A DNA stretch of 55,409 nucleotides, the filler included, from Jimgerdemannia flammicorona (lineage: Eukaryota), in the NCBI GenBank assembly GCA_003990765.1. It is 3 parts of 3 records of this genome, joined end to end, with 100 filler letters (N's around TTAATTAATTAA, not from the genome) between each part and the next. Parts side by side here need not be neighbours in the genome. Positions count along the whole stretch, not along the records: positions 1 to 18,409 come from RBNJ01002218.1; 2 more parts are not named here. One strand, 5' to 3'. Every line of letters starts with the position of its first letter. Positions within the stretch are counted from its first letter, which is position 1. The notes under the pieces were generated by a model that worked only from the letters and a program-made list of their open reading frames with translations, was not told where the DNA came from and ran no database searches. Made by a program: the position numbers and the translations under genes. Of this stretch, positions 1 to 11,207 are shown one piece after another.

Positions 1-610
1 ATGCCGGTCCCTGCACCACCCCACCCCCCACCAGCCAATCGAAAGGCCCCACCAAAATATTGTCCACCCCAGCTCTGATGACTGCCCCCAGCCTGGCACC
101 CCACTGGTTCATCGTAATCGCCCTTCCTCCTATCTGTGACGGCCATCTCCCCTCCCAACCCAACATCACCCGAAAAGCAGTCACCTATGCCAGAACCATG
201 CTCGCCGGGAAGCTCGCCAAAGCCAGAGGGCCCCACCACAGGCACCGAGGACCTGCAGGTAACCTATACTGAGCACTTGACACCCAAGGTCGGCCGACTC
301 CCTACGTAGCCTGAGACACACCAAGACAGCACCTTGTTGGCGATGGCAAAAGGAAGAAGGCGCCGCACCAAAACGGATGCACTCCAGACGCAGCCAAAGA
401 CACCAGAAACCACGAAAAAGTGGAGAAGACACCGATCGGATACCGATAAAAGGGCAACTCATCACCATTGCCCTCCTCCCACCATGCCCATGCAGGCACA
501 GCAAACCAACCCGAGGTAGAGGGGGTAATAATAGGGGAAAGGGGACTCGGAAGGTCGCTTACCAAACCTTGTGACTGGTAAGGTAGCGGAGAAAGGAGCT
601 GCCGGCCCTG
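1..610 (-). mobile_element. Non-autonomous poly(A) retroposon family R1, copy 1 (5' part; continues past the left window edge), inserted into the 3' LTR of Gypsy A
   Basis: 35-598 aligns with 13120-13683, the TSD-flanked copy. Both copies share nearly the same 5' end (plus strand ...gtaaggtagcggagaaaggag). LTR sequence resumes at 611 (acagattgtgttctcc = 9193 onward). Confidence 0.85.
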
Positions 611-1349
611 ACAGATTGTGTTCTCCGGTCTCTTCATTATAGTTGAAGTAATCGGGTGTGAATGCAGGTTGGTATTCATGCCAGTGATCATTGTTCCAAT
701 AAGTTTCATATACTGTTATGAACTGTTGTAAGTTCATTGGCAAGGTTGGTGGAGTGATCAGGGTTGGCAGAGATTCTTGGCTAGAGGTCATGTCAGCGTC
801 AGAGGGATCATTGTCTTCTGCTTCGTCTTCATCGAAGTGGATTATATCGTAGACATCCTTCATGGCATATCCAACTTGAGACATTTGCAGGATATGGTCA
901 TCAGGGTGTGGGAAGGTTCTGTCTGTAGTTTTGACGTACTCGAGGTACTTGTGGTTGAGTTCTTGTATCATGTCGTCGATTTGGCCATAGGACAGGGTAG
1001 CAACCATTTCACTGGTAGTGACTCGGAGGCAGGGAATAAAGGTGTTGTACTCATAGAAGAGTTCTCGATGTTTGCAGGTAATGAGCTTCTGGTGTTGAGA
1101 CATCTGTGTAATGTCTGTATAATGGTGATGTTCAACCATGTCTTCCAGGAGGTGGCCGATCTGGTAGTAGCTTGAGATTTGTCTGATTCGGTGGGCCTCG
1201 CTAAGTATGTTCAGAGCATTCCATCGGGTTTCCACAAAGTAGAGGAGTGCCAGATTATGGATATTCATGAGGGGCAGAGGGGGTGTGGCTTGGTTGACAA
1301 TGGCATTCCAAATGTCAGTGCGGATACAGTTGTAGATCTCAGTGGTCAT
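611..1349 (-). CDS. LTR(U3)-encoded accessory protein, stop-free N-terminal ~246 aa (MTTEIYNCIR...), truncated by the R1 insertion
   Basis: Part of ORF 462..1406. The same protein is encoded in all three LTR-A copies. TATATA and an A/C-rich leader precede the ATG. Confidence 0.75.
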
Positions 1350-1637
1350 GTTTGTGTGTTTGAAAGTTGTAGTTGTTGTTTGTTTTGGTTCTCTGATTCG
1401 ATGCATCTCGGTGCTTGGTATATATGCATTTGGTCCTGATTGGTAAGATTCCGTTTGTGTAAATCTTGTGTTCCATGACTTCGTATTGACTCAGCTTTGT
1501 GTGCTGTGACTTCAGTTTGACTCAGCTTTGTGATCGAGCAGGTGATTTCCAGGTTTGTTCAGAGGTCATGTGTGATTTCAGTGGCTTGTTCAGAGGGTGA
1601 CATGTAATTTCAGTAGCTTGGAGGTTGTGCGCTTACA
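611..1637 (-). repeat. 3' LTR of Gypsy A (U3 part; broken at 611 by retroposon R1)
   Basis: Near-identical to 9193-10219, differing mostly by transitions. Starts TGTAAGCGC on the minus strand directly after the PPT. Confidence 0.95.
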
Positions 1638-1653
1638 ACTCTCCTCTTCTTAG
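1638..1653 (-). other. Polypurine tract of Gypsy A
   Basis: Minus strand CTAAGAAGAGGAGAGT lies immediately before the TG of the 3' LTR. Confidence 0.85.
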
Positions 1654-4600
1654 CTTTCGACGTCCTCGTCAGGGCCTTCTAATTTGTTCTAGTGTTGTTA
1701 CATTGTTTGGGAGGTCAAAAGTCTGGTAAGGTCCATTTTCTCAGAAAGTGGTATGCTCGTAGTACAGTTGCCTAACACATTGGATTCACATGTTAAAGGG
1801 TCATGTGTTCAATGCCGTGTGCCAGAAGTGATTCTGACATCATTCACTGCTATAGAATTTCCTCTAAGGAATCTTCTTAAATGTCTATGCCTTGTTTCCC
1901 ACCAGTGGTACAGGGAGAATAGGCTTGCTTTCAGTTTTGCTATTTTTTCCAGAGGTCAGTATTCTTGTCCTGTTTTGCTGAGTTCTTGATTTGGTTCGTG
2001 ATAATTATAATGTTCAGGAGGATAATATATAGTATGTATGGATAGGTGTAGAGTATTTGGTTCTAGTTGTTCAAGGAATCATATTCCTGAACTAGGTCAG
2101 TAGCATTCTGAAGATTGGTCTTGGGTTCCCAGATTGCATCGTGGGTTGGGTAACCTTTCCATTTAACAAGGTACTCAGGGTGGTTCTTGTTACCACATTT
2201 GTTGAGGATTTGTTCAACTTCGTACTCTTCTTGATCATTAATGATGACAGGTACAGGTGGTTTGGTGATCTGATTTGGAAATAGTTCATCATTATTGTCA
2301 TTGTATTGCTTGAGATGCTGAACATTAAGGACTGGGTGAATCTTAATAGTGTCTGGTAGCGCCAGTTTGTAGGAGGTTGGAGAGACTTGTGTGATGACTT
2401 CAAATGGTCCAATGAACTTGCTGTTCAGCTTTGTAGATGGTCTGTGCTTGAGGTTGTCAACTCGGTATCCTCTGATGTCTAGTAGGACTTTTTCTCCAAT
2501 GTCAAAGGTTTCTTCTCGGCGGTGTTGGTTAACATACTGTGACTGTTGTTCTTGAGCTCGTGATAAATTCTCAATTGCAATCTGGTTTAGATTGCATATT
2601 CGGAGTAGGAATTCTTCAACAGCTTCGACTGTGGAGGGTTCATCGGTAGTTCGGAGAAGTGTCAGAGGGGTGTTTGGGTTTTGTCCAGTATTGGCAAAGA
2701 ATGGGGTCATTCCAAGAGAGGCTTGCTTGCTATTATTGTAGGCAAACTCAACTGCGGTGAGGTGTTCATGCAAATCATCTTGTCTGTAAGAGACATAGTT
2801 CCTTAGCATTTATTCTAGAGTTCGGTTCATTCTTTCGGTTTGGCCATCAGTTTCTGGATGAAAGGCTGTGGATAGTGCAAGTTTTGTTCCAAGGTGTGCA
2901 TGGAGGGCTTTCCAAAAGTGGCTGGTGAATTTCGGATCTCGGTCACTAACAATGATCTTAGGAAGACCATGATGGCAGAAGATGTTGTTAAACAAGAGTG
3001 TGGCTATGTCTGGTGCTGTTGCAGTAGTAGTAGTAGGCACAAAGTAGGCTTGTTTGCTGAGATAGTCCACAAAGACAACAATTGCATCTTTCCTATTCTT
3101 GGTTCAGGGTAGTTATATAATGAAGTCCATAGAGATTTGTTCCCAATTTGCAGATAGCACTGGGATAGGGTGAAGTAAGCCGGGTTTTGCTAGTGTTGAG
3201 GACTTGTTTCGTTGGCAGGCATCACAGGAAGTGATATAGGTTTTGAGCTGATCTGCTATGCGGGGCCAATAGAAGTTTTGGGAGATAACTTCATAGCATT
3301 TGTCAAATCCTAAATATCCAGCTGTAGGGGCATCATGACATTCAAATAGGATAGTCCTTCGGAGGTCTCGGTTGTTTGGAACATACAATCTGTCCTTGTA
3401 GTAGATAGCATTGTCCTTGAGTTGATATTGATTATACCAGGTATGCTTGTCAGCATTATCATTGTTCAGGATTTCTCGAAGTGCTTGAGCTTCTTTATCA
3501 TCAACACATGCTGCGATGATTTGTTCCATGATAGTGTTGGTAACCAAAGTCAGAGTTTGGATAACCTCTTCGATTGGTGGTCTGGAGATTGCATCAGCAA
3601 CAATATTTTCCTTGCCAGGGCAGTACTGGATTTCGTAGTCAAAGTTGGTGAGGACTTTCATCCATCTAGCTTGCTTTTGAGAAAGGGTAGCCTGTGTCTT
3701 GATGTTGACTAATGACTTGTGGTCAGTCAATACAGTGAAGTGTGCTCCTTCTAGGTATAGTTGCCATTTGATCAGAGTGTCTATGATGGCTAGCATTTCC
3801 TTCTCGTGAGTTACATAGTTGATTTTGGCATTGTTGAACTTGCGGGAGTGATAGGCCACAGGGTGTCCTTCTTGCATGAGCACTGCTCCAAGAGCTAGGT
3901 CAGAGGCATCAGTAGTGACTTTATATAGTAGGGCAGGGTTTGCTACTTGAAGTACTAGTGTGGTTATCAGGGCATCTTTCAGCACTTGAAAGGCGGTATC
4001 TTGTTCAGGTCCCCATGTTACAAGATTGTTGAAGTCTTTCTCTTATCTCATGGTCTAGGGTTGTTCTTGTTTCTTGCTGTGCTTGGTCATTTGGGTGAGG
4101 GCGGTAGCGATTTTAGCAAAGTTGGCAACAAATCACCTGTAATAGTTTGCTAATCCCAGGAATGACTGGAGGTCTTTCAGCTTCTTCGGTCTGGGCCAAT
4201 CTTTGATTGCAGAGATTTTGCTGGGGTCTACTTTGATTTCATTTGGTGTGACAATATGTCCAAGGAATTGAATTTCCTTCAGAAGAAATTCGCACTTGCT
4301 GAGTTTTGCAAAGAGTCTGTTTTCTCGGAGTTTCAGTAGTACTAGTTTAAGGTGTTCAAGATGTTCCTCCAGGGTTTTGCTGAAGACTAGGATGTCGTCA
4401 ATGTAGACAACAATGAATTTGTCCAAGTATGGGTGCAGAATAGTATTCATCAGTGTCTGGAAGGTTGCTAGAGCATTAGTTAAGCCAAAGGGCATAACCA
4501 GGAACTCGAAGTGTCTATAGCGAGTTCAGAAAGCTGTCTTGTAGATGTCTTCTTCTTTCATGGCAATTTGCCAGTAACCATTTCGCAGGTCAAAAGAGCT

Positions 4601-5718
4601 CATGAATTGTGGGTTGGTGAGCCTATCGAATATTTCATCAATTCTCAGTAGTGGGCAACAGTTCTTGATGGTCTGTTCATTGAGATTGCGGTAGTCAATG
4701 CACATTCGCAGATCTCCTCCTTTTTGACAACGAAGAGGACTGGTGCACTATAGAGTGATACGCTGGGTCTGATGAATCCTTGTTCTAGGAGTTCGTCGAT
4801 TTCCTTCTTGAGTACATCAATTTCTCTTGGAGACATATGGTAGATTGACTTGAAGGCTGGTTTGGCATCTGGGATAGTCTTGATAGCATGGTCAACTGCT
4901 CATTTGGGAGGTAGGCCTTTTGGGAGCTTCTTTGGGAATATGTCTCGGAATTTCTGGAGTAGTGGTCTGACATGGCTGTCAACTTTGGAAAAATCTTCTT
5001 CAGAGTTCTCGGGTTCTCCTTTGGATGGTCGGATGGAGATGGCGAAGAGAGGGCATTTCTTGGCCAATTTCTTGAGTTGTAGCTTGTTGATGTAGGTGAT
5101 CTTTGGTCCAGGGTCACTAGAGTTGAGTGGGTCCTTTTCGCCTTATAGTTTGAAGTTGTGGCGTCCTTTCTTGATGGTCAGAGAATGGTTTACCCAATCA
5201 ATCATGGGGTTCTCTTGTTTTAACCATGGGGTTCTAAGGATGATTTCATTGTCAGGGAGTGGTACGATCTGGAGGGTAACATGTACTTGATAGTTACCAA
5301 TTCGGAAGGGTAGATTGCAGACTTCTTTGCTAATAACATGTGAGGTTCCATCAGCTGTGGCAACTGCTTGAGTTTGCTATACTGGAGAGGTGAAGACCTT
5401 GAGTCTGTTGGCTGTCTCCTCATTAATGAAATTGTCTGAGGCACCACTGTCTATCATAATCTTGACAGGTGCTCCGTTGACAAAAGCTTTAAGGATGAGC
5501 AGTTTGTTTGATCCAATTGTGGTGATTTCAGTTGTAGGAGCCTTTCTTCTGTTGGTTCTCCTTTGAGCCAGTTCGTTGACACAAGAGAAGCAATCATCAA
5601 TCATTTGGGAAGAGTATATTCCAATGCCATGGGGACATCGGCCACTTGGTACATATCCATCTTCGATCTTCTTGTAGAATTGTTCTTCTTTGCTCATGGT
5701 AGGTTGGGCTGGGACCTT

Positions 5719-6129
5719 GCTTGATGAGCCAAATCCTTTGGATCCTCGGATGGTGGGTAGTAGTTCAGAGACTTCCTTGACTGTCAGGGTTGACTCGATT
5801 TTTTCAAATAGGATCTGGGTGATGCAGAAGCCAATAGGAATCTTGAAGAGTGTCCAACTGTGGTTTCGAATGAGGACAATAATTTCGCCTGTGTAATCCT
5901 CGTCAATGACTCCTCCTTCTACTGAGAGTCCTTTCAGTGCTAGGCTGCTGCGACAGCATATTCTTCCAACATGTCCTTCAGGGATTTGGATACTAATTCC
6001 TGTATAGACTTGTTTGACTTCTCGGTTGGAGACTGTAGCTTCTTTGGCTGCATACAGATCATATCCGGCTGCTTTTTGACTTCCTTTGATTGGGGCCTTA
6101 GCAGTTTGTCTTAGCTTGACAACGTCTAG
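5719..6129 (-). CDS. dut: dUTPase domain within Gag-Pol, between NC and protease
   Basis: Stop-free translation contains AGYDL, GRICCRSSLA, GGVIDEDYTGEI, ITQIL and RGSKGFGSS, the five trimeric-dUTPase motifs. In frame with gag and PR. Missed by the ORF track because it has no start codon. Confidence 0.93.
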
Positions 6130-8140
6130 TGTTCTGGTGGTCAGGTTGTTGAGATGGTGCAGAGTGGTAACAGTTGCTCATATTGCTGTTCGGGGTTTTT
6201 GGTTGGGGCAGGCACTGGCCATGTGTCCTGTCTTTTGGCAATAGAAGCATGCTCCACTTCTTCGAAGTTCATTTCTTTTACCTTCAGTAAGTTTCTTGAA
6301 GGTACTGGGCTGGGTGGGTTCATGATTTCTGAGTGTCCAAGAGGTGGATGTGGAGGGAGCTCGAGATGCTTTATGCTTGGGTTCTTCTTTCTTGGTCCAA
6401 GTCTTTTCCTTGTTGTTGAATTGCTTCCGGGGCAGAATTGGTCCAGCTGTTAGGATTCACTTGACCATAGTCTTGATTCTTGCCAGGCACCATTGTTGGT
6501 GATCACAACCAACTGGGCGGCCTTGTTCTTGGATTTTTCTAGTAAGCCATTCAGACAGGGCATCGAATAAATGGTCTGTTCTTGTACCATTTCGTGCTTC
6601 GTCATTGGCAATGTATCCTATGCCAACAGTATTCAGGAGTGACTCAAGTTTTGTACAGAAGGTTTCGAATTCTTCTTTGCTATGTATATCAAATTTGAGG
6701 TTGCAGAGTTTTACTCGAGATTCAGCAATCATGGTTTCGCTGTGGTATTGAGCAATCATGAGTTATTTGAGTCCAGGGGCTGCAGGATGGGCTCCATATC
6801 CTGGGGCATTGTTTGCTGCATTCTGGGCAATTACTGCAGGTTGGATATCCCATGTGAGGGGTTTTTCAGGAAGGGTTCGCCACCATTCTTCAGTAGGTCC
6901 TCGGAAGAATGTAACAACTCAGCGGACATAGGCTGTAGTGGTAGCAAAGAGTTGTTCCAGAGTGTGGTTTTGATTATTTGTCAGGATGCGGTCAGCAACT
7001 TGCTCATTAGTCCATTGATTGGCTTCGAAGTTGGTGTCAACTATACTAATGAAGCTTTGGACTTCTTGTGCAGTACCATTGAAGATAGGTAGGCTCAGAT
7101 TTTTGGTAGGTCAGGTCTGTTCAGCTAAGGCAATGATAGTTGCTGCCATTATAGCTACTTGGGCTGTGAGATCAAGAATCTGTTGGTTTGCTATATTGAT
7201 TGCTGGAGGTGGTTGGACTGCTGATAATGGTGTTACTGGTACTACTTGAGGTACTGGTGCAGAGTGTGATGGGGTTCTTTGAGTCTGTGTAAGCTGCTGG
7301 AGTAGTAGTTGTGGATCTGGAGTGAGGGCTTGATAGATAGCTGTTTGTTGCTGTGTAGGTATATTCTGTCCTGATGGATGTATGTCTCTTTCGGTGGTGT
7401 ATCCGGGATCGAATTCGGTGAGATACTCCTCCTCTTCTTCGGTTTGGTCCCCGTGTAATTGGGTTTGCTCAGCGTCAAAGTAGACAGAATCAGTTGTATA
7501 TCTGATTTCAGATGGACTTAATTCAAAGTCAAGTTCAGGTTCAGTATTAGTTTCAGATTCAGGTAGGGCTGTAGCAGGGCCTGCTTCAGGTTCGGGTTCA
7601 GGTAGTTGGTGAAGGGTTTTTCTTACTTCTTCCTTAAGGATATGGCAGGCCTTGCTGTTCTGGAATCGGTAGTATAAAGCGGTCTTAGTCCTGGTGTGGT
7701 GGAAGTCGGTAGAGTTGAGCCACTTAGCTATAGAGGCTTGGGCTTCATGAGGAACTAAGGCTAAAAAGACTGCTGCTGGTTGTCCTAGGTCGCTCAGATT
7801 TGTGGAGCTGACAAAACTCTTGTTGAGAAGAGTAAAGAAGACTTCAATAAGACCTTCTTCATCTTGACTTGCTGGGTGTAGTGCAAGGAGTTCAGTGAAT
7901 AGGGTTTCACCTATTTGCTGGTTTAACTGGAGTACTTCTTTCTTTGAATGAAGTTTGTCCCACTTGTTGTAGGTGTGGAGGTCAAATTGTCCTTGTACAT
8001 CAGGTTCAATTCTCTCCAGATTGTCAGATGGTTCAGATAAATTCCAGTTCAGAGGTTGGGCTTTATACCAACTTGTAGGAATTCGCAGAGGGTTTTGTAG
8101 CAGGGTGAGGAAGCATCTTGAAGTGGAATTGGATTGTAAA

Positions 8141-8152
8141 CTGCTGCTACCA
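8141..8152 (-). promoter_or_regulatory. Primer-binding site (probably initiator tRNA-Met)
   Basis: Minus strand TGGTAGCAGCAG begins 3 nt after the LTR-terminal CA. The tRNA identity is inferred from the TGGTAGC start. Confidence 0.8.
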
Positions 8153-8155
8153 AGT

Positions 8156-10219
8156 TGTAAGAGGGTTACTTTTTAGAGTGACTGTTACATAGTTCTGAAA
8201 AGGTTTTCTGGATATTCTGGATATTCTAGAAGACCATTTTCTTATGGTCAAGATCAATTTCATATGGAGTACATCCTCTACGCTTATTGATTTCAAGATC
8301 AGGTTGACATCTCAACCAAAGTCCTTTTTCGGACTAGTTCTGGATGTTCAGGATTTTCCGTATTTCAGGAAGTTCAAGAAACTAAGACCAGCTTAGTTAA
8401 ATTGGTGTATCGCTGCAGACAATACCCAATTAGGAAATTTTGTAATGGGGTTAGGAGTAGGACCTAACAGGGAGCAGATTTACTTAAGAGTAGTTTGTGG
8501 GTTATGGAATAGGTTTATTTGCTATTCATGATATTGCTATACTAGGAGTATTTGTGTGAAGGGATATTGTGGGGAAGTGCTCAGGAGTTGTGTTTGGATT
8601 GTTCAAGTCTGAGATTCTGAGGTCTGGGGGAGGGGGTATTTATACTAGTGAGGGGCTATCTGGACTATGCTGAATATGGATGTAGCACTAAGTGCCTTGC
8701 TGAGTCGGAATGCAGTCACGTAGTACAAGTGTGATCTGACATGTCAAGAGATCATCTGACTGCTGAGTCAGTTCACAGTCATGTCATACAAGGCTAATCT
8801 AACTATACTATGACTGCTAGGCTATTTATGGGTTTAGACACTGTCTAGGTAGTCTTCGATGACATCACTATCGATTACATCATCTCTGATGAAGTAGTTA
8901 TCTAGGAAGAGTGGTTCGCAGATTACTTCTCCTTGTTGGCTGAGGTAGTAATACATTGGAACTTCGTCTCTGTCCTACAGGATAGCATCGTCTGTCTCGT
9001 AGGCTAGATAAGGTGTTGGTGGGCGAAGGATGGGTGTATTGTCTTTGCTTTCATCAGATTCACTGTCTGCATATCTTCTATAGGTTACGGCACTATGAGT
9101 TGCAGGATTGTAGTATGCTGGCGGCTGTGATTCGTGTCGCTCGTACTCGGGTGATAGAGTGGTTGGTTCGATCTCGAGGGTTGTCTGGAGGTACAGATTG
9201 TGTTCTCCAGTCTCTTCATTGTAGTTGAAGTAATCAGGTGTGAATGCAGGTTGGTATTCGTGCCAGTGATCATTGTCCCAATAAGTTTCATATACTGTTA
9301 TGAACTGTTGTAAGTTCATTGGCAAGGTTGGTGGAGTGATCAGGGTTGGCAGAGATTCTTGGCTAGAGGTCATGTCGGCATCAGAGGGATCATTGTCTTC
9401 TGCTTCATCTTCATCGAAGTGGATTATATCGTAGATGTCCTTCATGACGTATCTGACTTGAGGCATTTGCAGGATATGGTCATCAGGGTGCGGGAAGGTT
9501 CTGTCTGTAGTTTCAACATACTTGAGGTACTTGTGGTTGAGTTCTTGTATCATGTCGTCGATTTGGCTATAGGACAGGGTAGCAACCATTTCACTGGTAG
9601 TGACTCGGAGGTGGGGAATAAAGGTGTTATACTCATAGAAGAGTTCTCAATGTTTGCGGGCAATGAGCTTCTGGTGTTAAGACATCTGTGTAATGTCTTT
9701 ATCATGGTGGTGTTCAACCATGTCTTCCAGGAGGTGGCCGATCTGGTAGTAGCTTGAGATTTGTCCGATTCGGTGGGCCTCGCTAAGCATGTTCAGAGCG
9801 TTCCATCAGGCTTCCACGAAGTAGAGGGGTGCCAGACTATGGATATTCATGAAGGGCAGAGGGGGTGTGGCTCGGTTGACAATGGCATTCCAAATGTCAG
9901 CGTGGATACAGTTGTAGATCTCAGTGGTCATGTTTGTGTGTTTGAAAGTTGTAGTTGTTGTTTGTTTTGGTTCTCTGATTCGACACATCTTGGTGCTCGG
10001 TATATATGCATTTGGTCCTGATTGGTAAGATTCCGTTTGTGTAAATCTTGTGTTCCATGACTTCGTATTGACTCAGCTTTGTGCACTGTGACTTCGGTTT
10101 GACTCAGCTTCGTGATTAAGCAGGTGATTTCCAGGTTTGTTCAGAGGTCGTGTGTGATTTCAGTGGCTTGTTCAGAGGGTGACATGTAATTTCAGTGGCT
10201 TGGAGGTTGTACACTTACA
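8156..10219 (-). repeat. 5' LTR of Gypsy A (2064 bp)
   Basis: TGTAAG/CTTACA inverted termini. Colinear with the solo LTR at 10920-14167. TATAAATA at 8637-8644 and TATATA near 10001-10006. Confidence 0.95.
8834..9931 (-). pseudogene. Full-length LTR(U3) accessory ORF (365 codons) with in-frame point stops
   Basis: Single frame from ATG (9931) to TAA (8834). Stops at ~9806 and ~9647 (CGA>TGA) and 8975 (TGG>TAG). Each stop is a sense codon in another LTR copy. Confidence 0.85.
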
Positions 10220-10919
10220 GAAATAATAGAAGTCTTTAATATTATCTATCATCCTTAGTTAGTAAAAGTTCTGAGTTATATTAGTAAGAGTTTTTTCATA
10301 ACCATAATATTTTATAAAAGGTATATCATAGTATTCTTATATAATCTGAAGTCTCAGTTTCTGATTTTCAGAGATTAAGACTCTTGTTTCATTATAGTAT
10401 AGTAATTTTTCTTTGAGGGTTAACTTCTTAATCAGTTCTTTAAGTCTTGAATTATTGATTGGATTTTGTAAAAATTTACAAATTTCTTAGTGAGTTAGAT
10501 TATAAACTTCTCTAATCTGATTCTTGAGATTATTAGTTATAATTGTAATAGCTATTATTTATTCTATTTATTTTATTCTTAAGAGAGCATTGGCTACTAT
10601 ATTTGATTCTCTAGGGTGATATTCTACTATTAAGTCATAATCTACTAAGACTTCTATCCATCTTACTTATCTTTTAGTCAAAGTAGATTGATAGTAAATA
10701 TAGATAAGAGATTGATAATCTATAATAACAAGAGAATGTTTTTCTATTAAGAAGTATCTTTATTCTTTAAGACTTCTAACTATAGCAAATAATTCCTTTT
10801 TATAGATAGTATATTTTATTTCTACTTCTTTTAACTTTTGAGAAAAATAGCTACTGAATATTTTTCTTAAGTAAGAACTGCTCTAATTGTATCAGTAATA
10901 ACTTCAAAGAAGCCTTTTG
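10220..10919 (-). mobile_element. Old AT-rich Gypsy pol relic (RNase H to integrase zinc finger); host of Gypsy A and solo LTR A
   Basis: Minus-strand translation includes RWIEVLVDYDLIVEYHPRESNIVANAL and YGYEKTLTNITQNFY. Continues across the solo LTR into 14168. Confidence 0.8.
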
Positions 10920-11207
10920 TGTAAGCACACAACCTCCAAGCCACTGAAATTATACATCACCCTCTAAACAAGCCACTGAAATTACACATGACCTCTGAAC
11001 AAATCTGGAAATCACCTGCTTGATCATGAAGCTGAGTCAAACCAAAGTCATAGCATACAAAGCTGAGTCAATATGAAGTCACAGAACACAATATTTATAT
11101 AAATAGAATCTTACCAATCAGAACCAAATGCATATATACCAAACACCAAGATGCGTCGAATCAGAGAACCAAAACAAACAACAACCACAACTTCCAAACA
11201 CACAAAC

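Larger units (their letters stand above)
2063..8172 (-). pseudogene. gag-pol: Gag-Pol polyprotein of Gypsy A; originally one frame, now with point stops and a -1 deletion near 4720
   Basis: CCHC knuckle CFYCQKTGHMASAC (~6210-6250); dUTPase; protease IDSGAS; RT MPFGL...YIDD; RNase H TDAS...EKE...TDH...ADA; integrase H2C2 region, SDRD, TDGQTER, GPF; chromodomain YEVEQIL...YLVKWKGY...WEP. Confidence 0.95.
611..10219 (-). mobile_element. Ty3/Gypsy chromovirus-type LTR retrotransposon 'A' (LTR-PBS-gag-dUTPase-PR-RT-RH-IN-CHD-PPT-LTR), decayed; 3' LTR interrupted
   Basis: Paired LTRs with TGTAAG...CTTACA termini, PBS and PPT. Domain order PR-RT-RNaseH-IN-chromodomain. Confidence 0.96.

Noticed and set aside
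75..110. CTGATGA hammerhead-like core in R1 (also ~13046)
   Set aside because: No correctly placed GAAA or stems, and not conserved at the same position between copies.
462..610. C-terminal 49 aa of the 314-aa ORF 462..1406
   Set aside because: Read-through into the R1 insertion; the real C-terminus is seen in the other LTR copies.
777..1439. Antisense ORFs repeated in the LTRs (777..1175, 9359..9757, 1179..1439, 9761..10021)
   Set aside because: Shadows of the codon-biased sense ORF; their recurrence just reflects LTR duplication.
1650..2060. Possible small ORF between pol and PPT of Gypsy A
   Set aside because: Several stops in the frames read and no second copy to test; unsupported.
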